From NCBI GenBank assembly GCA_039028615.1, contig JBCCHT010000011.1:1-64000 (forward strand): DNA of 64,000 nt. Reading direction: 5' to 3'. The notes under the pieces are model-generated. The model was not told where the DNA came from. It was given only the letters and a program-made list of their open reading frames with translations, and ran no database searches. The position numbers were made by a program, and so were the translations under genes. Source of the stretch: Myxococcota bacterium (lineage in GTDB: Bacteria > Myxococcota_A > Polyangia > Nannocystales > Nannocystaceae). Within the stretch, counting starts at the first letter, position 1. The number at the start of each line of letters is the position of its first letter. This document shows, piece by piece, positions 12,880 to 20,674 of this stretch.

Positions 12880-14471
12880 TTCGGCTTCGACTCCTTGGGC
12901 GTGTCGCTGCTCTTACCCGACCCGGTGCGAGGCGTCGAGCGTTTCGGGCGACGGCGTCGCGATGAGGACTTGGGGGGAGCCGCGGCTTCGGGCTCGTCCG
13001 CAACCTCGGGCGCATCCGCGGCTTCTTCGGTGGCGTCCGCGGCGGGCTCGGCTGCGGGCGTGGGCTCGGACGGCGGCTCGGGCTCGACCGCGTCGGCTGG
13101 AGCCTCGGCTTCGCTCGGCGCAGCGACGGGCGCTTCGGCGTTCGGCTCGGGCTCGGGTTCGGATTCAGCGGGGGCGGGCACCGCTGCAGGGGCAGACGCC
13201 TTCGTCGTCGGTCGCTGGGACCCTCCCGTGGATTCCGCGTCCGGGCGCAACACGAACGCCCACGTGGATACGGCGAGCACGGCCCCGAGCGCCCCGAGCC
13301 CGATGGCATACCTCCGATTGGGCGACGGGCTCGGTAGCGGCGCGATGGAGGTGACCGACTTGGAGCCGTCGAGGTCGGCCGGCGTGAGCTCGGAACTCGA
13401 CTCCTCGGGCGAGAGCTGGGTGCTTTGCGCAGGCGAGGGCGCAGGGGCCTCCGTGAACCCAGTCACGCCTCCGCCCGAAGTCCCAATAGCGTGATCGGCG
13501 ATGCGCTGCGCTTCGAGATCGTTGATCTCCTCGGCACACACCTTGTGCATGAACGGGCGCATCCGGGACGCGCCGATGGCCAACCGAGCCTCGCGGGCGA
13601 GGTCTTCCAGGTCGAGCTGCAGCTCCAACATGGAGCCATAGCGTCGCTCACGGTCGGCCTCGAGGGCCTTGAGCACGATCGGCTCGAGCCCCTCGGGATA
13701 GTCGGGCATCAGGGTGCTGGGCCGCGGCACCTCGCACTCGGCCACCATCCGCAGCGTGGCCAGCTCGGTGTCGGCCTTGAACAGGCGCCGCCGCGTGGTC
13801 AGCTCCCACAGCAGCACGCCGAGCGAGAACACGTCGCTGCGACGGTCGAGCGGCTCGCTACGGCACTGCTCGGGGGACATATAGGGGAGCTTCCCCTTCA
13901 GCGAGCCCGCGGTGGTGGTGACGTTGGCCGCCTTGGCGATGCCGAAGTCGAGGATCTTCACCACGCCCTCGAAGGTCACCAGGATGTTGGACGGCGACAC
14001 GTCGCGGTGCACGATTCCGAGCGGCTCACCATCGGGGCCGCACTTTTCGTGCGCGTGGTGCAGGCCCGCGGCCGCACTGCTGACGATGTGCACGATGTGC
14101 GCGAGGGACAGCGGCGTGTTGGTGCGCCGACACGCGCGGGCGAGACCCCGCAGGTCCACGCCCTCCACGTACTCCATGGTGAAGAAGTACGCCCCGTGTT
14201 CCTCGCCGATGTCGTAGACCTGCACGATGTTGGGGTCGTGCAGGTTCGCCGCGAGGCGGGCCTCGGCGAGGAACATGCGGATGAAGCGGGCGTTCTCCGA
14301 GTACTGGGGGAGAATTCGCTTGAGGACGACCGTCTTTTCGAAGCCCTCGATCGACGCCGTGCGGGCGAGATAGATCTCGGCCATCCCGCCCGTAGCCAGG
14401 CGTCGAATCAAGCGGTACTTGCCCAGCTGAGTCGGTTCGCCCGGGAGCCTATCGTCCCTCACGCGACCCAC
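12843..14471 (-). CDS. Membrane-anchored Ser/Thr protein kinase
   Basis: GGMAEIY, VLK, HRDVSPSN, DFG, YMSPE, DVFSLG; TM segment and Pro/Glu/Ala-rich tail. Confidence 0.95.
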   Translation of the reverse strand: MGRVRDDRLPGEPTQLGKYRLIRRLATGGMAEIYLARTASIEGFEKTVVLKRILPQYSENARFIRMFLAEARLAANLHDPNIVQVYDIGEEHGAYFFTMEYVEGVDLRGLARACRRTNTPLSLAHIVHIVSSAAAGLHHAHEKCGPDGEPLGIVHRDVSPSNILVTFEGVVKILDFGIAKAANVTTTAGSLKGKLPYMSPEQCRSEPLDRRSDVFSLGVLLWELTTRRRLFKADTELATLRMVAECEVPRPSTLMPDYPEGLEPIVLKALEADRERRYGSMLELQLDLEDLAREARLAIGASRMRPFMHKVCAEEINDLEAQRIADHAIGTSGGGVTGFTEAPAPSPAQSTQLSPEESSSELTPADLDGSKSVTSIAPLPSPSPNRRYAIGLGALGAVLAVSTWAFVLRPDAESTGGSQRPTTKASAPAAVPAPAESEPEPEPNAEAPVAAPSEAEAPADAVEPEPPSEPTPAAEPAADATEEAADAPEVADEPEAAAPPKSSSRRRRPKRSTPRTGSGKSSDTPKESKPKWDPKAAPPPGL

Positions 14472-14562
14472 GGGCGGCTAGCTTAGACCGACCCGACCAC
14501 CCGGGCAAGGCGCCTGTTGCGCGAAGTCGCGGTTTCATGCGCCGTCTTGGCGCCTCCCGAAA

Positions 14563-15894
14563 GTGGTGCATCCTTGCATCGTGCCGTCGATGATCAGGGC
14601 CGGATTCGCGATCGGAATGATCGCGGGATTGGTGGGGTGCCGCCCAACCTTTGCCTGCGTGTCCGACGATCAATGCGACCGCAGTGGTGACCCCGGCGTC
14701 TGCCAATCGACCGGGTACTGCAGCTTTCCCGACGACAGCTGTGACTCGGATCAACGCTACGGCGAGCTGGCTCCGACCGACCTCGCGGGCACGTGCGTCC
14801 CCGGCCCGGGCAGCGGCTCGAGCGAGACCGGCACGCCCAGCGCAGCGACCAGCATCGACATGCCCACCAGCGGCACGTCGACCCTGCCCGATGACTCGAC
14901 CACCAGCACCGACGGTGGAATGAGCAGCAGCAGCAGCGACGACACGGGCACCGACGACAGCAGCAGCGGCGGCATTCCGATGTGCTGCCAAGCGGGCTGC
15001 GACGGCGCGTGCGACGAACGGCCCTGCCCCGCCCAGCAACTCGGCGAGCCATCCATGGAGGGCGCCGAGGCTCTCGGGGTCGCGGTGATCGGCGACTGGG
15101 TGGTCTGGTCGACAGGCTGGGCCGGCGTCCTCGAGGTCACCGACCCCGCCACGGGCGTGCATCAGCTGGGGATCGGCATCCCCAACAACCAGTACGCCAC
15201 CCATATCGACGCCGACGACGACCACGTCTACGTGCTCGACTGGGGCGGCGGCAGCGTCAAGCGGACCACCGTGCCCGAGGGCGTCGTGGAAACGGTCACC
15301 GAGGTCGAGGGGGGCCAAGCCGGGTTCGGCAGCATCATCGTGGGCTCGGAGTACGTCTACTTCACGATGCGCACCTCCGGGGGCGTGTGGCGAGCGGCCA
15401 AGGATCTGTCCATGCCCGAGGCCGAACTCGTCGCGATGACGCCGGGCAACCCCTTCGACGTCGACATCGACTCGACCCACGTCTACTGGGTCGAGACCGA
15501 TCCCAGCGCGATCTTCAGGATGGCGTTCGACGACATCGGGAGCACGACGTCGGGGGACCTGGTCGCCAACGGCGACTACATGACCGAGCTTTATGTCGAC
15601 GAAGACTGGCTGTACTTCGCCGACGGCGGCTCGCTGTTCCGCTCGAGCAAGTCCGGCGACGCGGTGACCACCCTCGCCAACGACTCGGGCAGCCCGTGGT
15701 CCCTGGAGGGCGACGACGAGCACCTCTATTGGACGGCGGTCGAAGACATCGTCATTCGCCGGGTGAGCAAGAACGGCGGGCCCATGGAAGATCTGACGGA
15801 GCCCGGCGACAACATCACCGGCTTGGACCTCGGCTGCACCGACGTTTACTGGACGCAGACGACCACCAACACGCTGCACACCCGTCCCAAATAG
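14563..15894 (+). CDS. Lipoprotein with Cys-rich N-terminus and beta-propeller-like repeats
   Basis: Lipobox LVGC, Cys-rich segments, S/T/D linker, repeated 'D..HVYW/LYW' blades. Start uncertain. Confidence 0.8.
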   Translation: MVHPCIVPSMIRAGFAIGMIAGLVGCRPTFACVSDDQCDRSGDPGVCQSTGYCSFPDDSCDSDQRYGELAPTDLAGTCVPGPGSGSSETGTPSAATSIDMPTSGTSTLPDDSTTSTDGGMSSSSSDDTGTDDSSSGGIPMCCQAGCDGACDERPCPAQQLGEPSMEGAEALGVAVIGDWVVWSTGWAGVLEVTDPATGVHQLGIGIPNNQYATHIDADDDHVYVLDWGGGSVKRTTVPEGVVETVTEVEGGQAGFGSIIVGSEYVYFTMRTSGGVWRAAKDLSMPEAELVAMTPGNPFDVDIDSTHVYWVETDPSAIFRMAFDDIGSTTSGDLVANGDYMTELYVDEDWLYFADGGSLFRSSKSGDAVTTLANDSGSPWSLEGDDEHLYWTAVEDIVIRRVSKNGGPMEDLTEPGDNITGLDLGCTDVYWTQTTTNTLHTRPK

Positions 15895-15933
15895 TCCGGT
15901 TCCTCGCTCGGTCCTGCGTGCTAGCGTTCGCGC

Positions 15934-17304
15934 ATGACCGACACGGGCAAGCCCTGGCTCCGCAAGTTGGCCTTCGTCCCCGTCCTCGCGGTGGGGGTGA
16001 TCGCATTCATGGCGCTGCAAGCCTCGCGGGCCGAGCCCACCAAGGTCGACCTCGCGGAGACCGGTCGTCGGGTCCGAACCCTGACCGTGCAGCCCCGCAC
16101 CGTCGTGCCCCGGGCCAAGGGCTACGGCGTCGTCGAAGCCAGCAAAGAGTGGCAGATGGTGGCCGAGGTCTCGGGGCGCGTAGTCGAGCTCAGCGACGAG
16201 CTGGCCGAGGGAACCTTCGTCTCCAAGGGCACCACGCTCATCAAGATCGACCCCGCCGACTACCAGCTCACCGAGACCCAGCGACAGGCCAACCTCCAGG
16301 GAGTGCGGGCGCAGATCACCGAGCTCAAGGTCCAGGAGGCCAATACCCGCAAGTCGCTGGAGATCGAGAAGCGCTCGCTCGAGCTGGCCGAGGCGTCGCT
16401 CGCCCGCACCAAGAAGCTGCAGTCGTCGGGGGCCGCCTCGCAGTCGGACGTCGACACCGAAGAGCGCAACGTGCTCGCGCAGACCAAGGCGGTGCAGTCG
16501 CTGCGCAACACGCTGCGGCAGCTCCCCGCCAGCCGCAAGGTGCTCGAGGCTCAGCTCGAGGTCGAGCAGGCCGGGCTCGCGGGGGCCGTCCGCGACACCG
16601 CCCGCACCGAGATCGTCGCGCCCTACGACGTCCGCATCCGCGACGTCCGAACCTCGCTGCAAGAGGTGGTCGGCAACGGGCAGGTGCTCGCCATCGCCGA
16701 CGGCCTCGACAAGGCCGAAATCCCCGCCCAGTTCGCCATGGGCGAGCTACGGCCGCTGGTGCCCTTCCGGCCTTCCACCACCCCGATCTCCACGAACGAC
16801 CTCAGCCGCCTGCCCGAGCTGCTGTCGCTGTCCGCCACCGTGCGCCTCGAGTCCACCGACATCACCGCGGAGTGGAGCGCCAAGTTCGATCGCTTCAAGG
16901 CGGTCGACCCCACCACCCGCACCGTGGGCGTGGTGGTGACCATCGACGACCCCTACCAGGCGGGCAAGCCCGGCACGCGGCCCCCCGTGGTCACCGGGAT
17001 GTACATGGAAGTCGAGCTGGTCGGGCCGCCCCGCCAAGATTGCCTGGCCGTGCCCCGCTCTGCGCTGCACGGCGACGAGATCTACGTGGTCGACGGTGAC
17101 CAGCGGCTCGCGCGTCGCAAGGTCCAGGTCGACTTCCGCCAGTCCGAGTACGTGTGCCTGGCCGGCGGCATCGAAGCGGGCGCCCAGCTCGTGCTCACCG
17201 ACCTCGTGCCCGCCATCGAGGGCATGCTGCTCGACCCCGTCGCCGACGAGGACGCCGAGACCAAGCTGACCGCGACCGTCGCTCCCGAGGGTGAGGCCCA
17301 GTGA
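15934..17304 (+). CDS. RND efflux periplasmic adaptor (MFP)
   Basis: N-terminal TM, 'AEVSGRV', coiled-coil hairpin, 'TEIVAPY', 'VDPTTRT', 'AVPRSAL'. Confidence 0.92.
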   Translation: MTDTGKPWLRKLAFVPVLAVGVIAFMALQASRAEPTKVDLAETGRRVRTLTVQPRTVVPRAKGYGVVEASKEWQMVAEVSGRVVELSDELAEGTFVSKGTTLIKIDPADYQLTETQRQANLQGVRAQITELKVQEANTRKSLEIEKRSLELAEASLARTKKLQSSGAASQSDVDTEERNVLAQTKAVQSLRNTLRQLPASRKVLEAQLEVEQAGLAGAVRDTARTEIVAPYDVRIRDVRTSLQEVVGNGQVLAIADGLDKAEIPAQFAMGELRPLVPFRPSTTPISTNDLSRLPELLSLSATVRLESTDITAEWSAKFDRFKAVDPTTRTVGVVVTIDDPYQAGKPGTRPPVVTGMYMEVELVGPPRQDCLAVPRSALHGDEIYVVDGDQRLARRKVQVDFRQSEYVCLAGGIEAGAQLVLTDLVPAIEGMLLDPVADEDAETKLTATVAPEGEAQ

Positions 17305-20300
17305 TCGGCTACCTCGCGCGGCACCAGACCGCCGCCAACCTGTTGATGCTGATCATCATCGTGATCGGCGCGACCACCCTGCCCACGCTTCGGCGCGAGA
17401 CCTTTCCCGACTTCTCCCCCACCGCGCTGACCATCCAGGTCGTGTACCCCGGGGCCTCGGCCACCGAGGTCGAAGAGGCGCTCGTGCAGCGGGTCGAGGA
17501 TGCGCTCGATGGCGTGGTCGGGGTGGAAGAGGTCAAGGGCACCGCCCAGGAGGGCGTGGCCTCGATCACCGTCGAGATGGAGCCCGATCGCGAGATCGTG
17601 ACCTTCCAGGCCGACGTGGAGGCCGCCGTCGGGGCCATCTCCGACTTTCCCGACGACGCCGAGGACCCGGTCATCACCCGCCTGGGCGACACCCAGCCCG
17701 TGGTCTCCATCGCCGTCACCGGGCCCATGCCCGAGACCGATCTCGAGGCCTACTGCAAGCTGCTCGAGCGCGAGCTGGTGCTGCTGCCCGAGGTCTCGCT
17801 CGTCGAGATCAACGGGTTCTCCGATCGCGAGATCCAGGTCCGCCTCGACAACGGCGCCATCCTCCAATACGGGCTCACCGTCGAGCAGGTGGTGGGCGCC
17901 ATCAGCCGGCAGAGCGTCGACGCCCCCGTGGGCTCGCTCCGCGACGAGAGCGGCGAGGTCCTGCTGCGCATCGCCGACCAGCGACGCAGCCCCTCGGAGT
18001 ACGAAGACCTCGTCATCCTCGCCGACGGCGGGGGCGGGGAGCTGCGCCTGGGCGACGTGTCCACCGTCGCCCAGGGCTTCGCCAAGGACGAGCAGAAGAT
18101 CCTCTTCGACGGCAAACGAGCCGGCCTGCTCGAGATCTCCAAGACCTCCAGCGAAGACAGCCTGCGCATCCTGGCCGCGGTGCAAGCCTTCCTCGACAAG
18201 AAGGAGCACACCAAGCCGCCGGGCGTCAGCTTCCAGCTGACCCAGGACTCGACCTCGATCGTCGAGGACCGCCTCAACCTGCTCATCGTCAACGGCTACC
18301 AGGGGCTCATCTTGGTGTTCGTGACGCTGTGGCTGTTCCTCAACTGGCGCCTCGCCATGTGGGTCGCAGCCGGCCTGCCCGTGTCGTTCCTGGGCGCGTT
18401 CTTCGTGATGAGCTTGTTCGGCTACTCGCTCAACATGATCACGATGCTCGGCCTGCTGCTCGCGCTGGGCCTGTTGATGGACGATGGCATCGTGCTGGCG
18501 GAGAACGTCGCCGCCCACCTCGAGCGCGGCAAGGACTCGGTCTCCGCCGCGGTGGCCGGGGTCAGCGAGGTCGCCCCGGGCGTGCTGTCGTCGTTCACCA
18601 CCACGATCTGCGTGTTCCTGCCCATGGCCTTCCTCGAGGGCGACATCGGCCGGGTGCTGCTCGTCCTGCCCGTGGTGCTCATCGTGGTGCTGGCGGTGAG
18701 CCTCGTCGAGGCGTTCATGATCCTGCCCAATCACCTCGGGCACTCGCTGCACGGACACGAGCGCGACCCGCATGGCCGCTTCCGCCAGGCCTTCGAGTCC
18801 GCGTTCGATCGGCTCCGCGAAAAGGGCCTCGGCTGGCTCATCGACGTGGCGATCCACTGGCGCTACGCCACCGCGGCCGCGGTCATCTCCGTGTTCCTGC
18901 TGGCGGTGGGCATGCTCAGCGGCGGCATCCTCAAGTTCCAAGGCTTTCCCGACGTCGAGGGGGACATCGCCCAGGCCAAGGTCCTGCTGCCGGCCGGGAC
19001 CTCGCTCGAGCGCACCGAAGAGGTCGTCGCGCGGCTCACCGCGGCCGTCGAGCGCACGGGCAAGGAGCTCGACCCGCGGCAACCCGAGGGCCAGCCCCTC
19101 ATTCGGCACATCAGCACGCTGTACAACACCAACACCGACGCGGGGGAGTCGGGGCCGCACGTGGCCACGCTGTCGGTCGACCTGCTGAGCGCGGAGATTC
19201 GCGACGCCCCCATCGACGAGATCTTCCGCCGCTGGAACGAAGAAGCGGGCATCTTGTCGGACACCATCGCGGTGACCTACGCCGAGCCCTCGGTCGGTCC
19301 CGCGGGGCGCCCCATCGAGATCCGGGTGCAGGGCGACGACCTGCTGCGCCTCGAGGCCGTCTCGCGGCGCATCCAGGAGTTCTTCGCCCAGTACGCCGGG
19401 GTCAGCGAGCTGACCGACGACCTGCGCCCGGGCAAGCCCGAGGTTCGCATTCGCCTGCGCCCCGGAGCCACCACCGCCAACATCGACACCGCGGTGCTGG
19501 TCAATCAGCTGCGGGCCGCGTTCCAGGGCCAGACCGCCCGCGAGATCCAGATCGGCGGGGAGCAGTACGACGTCGACGTCGCGCTGGCGCAGCCCGATGC
19601 CAACACCCTCGACGACCTCGAGTACTTCCAGGTCGACGCGGGCGGCAAGAAGGTGCCGCTGGGCTCCATCGCGCAATTCGAATACAACCGTGGCTGGTCG
19701 AAGATCGCCCGGGTCGAGGGGCGGCGCACCGTCACCGTGACCGGAGACGTCGACACGTCCCAGGCCAATGTCGCCGAGCTCATCGGCGCGTTCCAGGCCC
19801 AGCTGCTGCCCACGCTCCAAGACGAGTTCCCCGACGTGCAGGTCGCCGTCATGGGCGAGTCGGCCGAGTCGGCGACCACCATGCAGTCGATGATGCGGGG
19901 GCTGGCCTTGGGCCTGTTCGGCGTCTTTGCCCTGCTCAGCTTCCAGTTCCGCAGCTACGCCGAGCCCATCATCGTGATGCTGGCCATCCCGCTGGCGTTC
20001 ATCGGGGTCATCTTCGGGCACATCGCCATGGGCACCACCCTGTCCATGCCCAGCCTGCTCGGGTTCGTGTCGCTGGCCGGCATCGTGGTCAACGACTCGA
20101 TCCTGCTGGTGGAGTTCATCAAGAACGGGATCCGCAGCGGGCACAATGCGGTCGACGCCGCGCGCCAGGCCAGCCGCCTGCGCTTCCGCGCCATCCTGCT
20201 GACCTCGCTGACCACCGTCGCCGGCCTGCTGCCGCTGCTGTCCGAAAAGAGCCTGCAGGCGCAGGTGCTGATCCCCATGGCCATCAGCATCGTGTTCGGG

Positions 20301-20393
20301 ATCTTGGCCTCCACCGTGCTCGTGCTGATCGTCGTGCCCTCGCTGTACGCGATCCTCGACGACTTCGGTTTGACCGCGAAGGTCGGCGACTGA
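17301..20393 (+). CDS. RND efflux permease (AcrB/AcrD/AcrF family)
   Basis: 1030 aa, GLLMDDGIVLAEN, GIVVNDSILLVEF, RFRAILLTSLTT; GTGA overlap with the MFP gene. Confidence 0.96.
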   Translation: MIGYLARHQTAANLLMLIIIVIGATTLPTLRRETFPDFSPTALTIQVVYPGASATEVEEALVQRVEDALDGVVGVEEVKGTAQEGVASITVEMEPDREIVTFQADVEAAVGAISDFPDDAEDPVITRLGDTQPVVSIAVTGPMPETDLEAYCKLLERELVLLPEVSLVEINGFSDREIQVRLDNGAILQYGLTVEQVVGAISRQSVDAPVGSLRDESGEVLLRIADQRRSPSEYEDLVILADGGGGELRLGDVSTVAQGFAKDEQKILFDGKRAGLLEISKTSSEDSLRILAAVQAFLDKKEHTKPPGVSFQLTQDSTSIVEDRLNLLIVNGYQGLILVFVTLWLFLNWRLAMWVAAGLPVSFLGAFFVMSLFGYSLNMITMLGLLLALGLLMDDGIVLAENVAAHLERGKDSVSAAVAGVSEVAPGVLSSFTTTICVFLPMAFLEGDIGRVLLVLPVVLIVVLAVSLVEAFMILPNHLGHSLHGHERDPHGRFRQAFESAFDRLREKGLGWLIDVAIHWRYATAAAVISVFLLAVGMLSGGILKFQGFPDVEGDIAQAKVLLPAGTSLERTEEVVARLTAAVERTGKELDPRQPEGQPLIRHISTLYNTNTDAGESGPHVATLSVDLLSAEIRDAPIDEIFRRWNEEAGILSDTIAVTYAEPSVGPAGRPIEIRVQGDDLLRLEAVSRRIQEFFAQYAGVSELTDDLRPGKPEVRIRLRPGATTANIDTAVLVNQLRAAFQGQTAREIQIGGEQYDVDVALAQPDANTLDDLEYFQVDAGGKKVPLGSIAQFEYNRGWSKIARVEGRRTVTVTGDVDTSQANVAELIGAFQAQLLPTLQDEFPDVQVAVMGESAESATTMQSMMRGLALGLFGVFALLSFQFRSYAEPIIVMLAIPLAFIGVIFGHIAMGTTLSMPSLLGFVSLAGIVVNDSILLVEFIKNGIRSGHNAVDAARQASRLRFRAILLTSLTTVAGLLPLLSEKSLQAQVLIPMAISIVFGILASTVLVLIVVPSLYAILDDFGLTAKVGD

Positions 20394-20674
20394 GGACTGC
20401 GGGTTTCGATATCGCGCACACCGACACGCCGTTGACGTCGGCGTACTTCGCAGGCTCGCCGGGTGGACGACGTTTTGGCGCTCGTGGCGGTGTGAGATTC
20501 GCGTGCGACCGATTCGGTACCCATCGCGAATGCTCGCTTGCTGGGGTGTGACCGTTGGCTACCCTGTGGCGTACGTAGGGCACGACGGCAGAGAGCACCG
20601 AAGGGGGCTCGGCTCTCTGCCCATACCCACGATAAATTCAGCTCTCCAGCCCACGCTTTTTGGGTCACGCGTTC

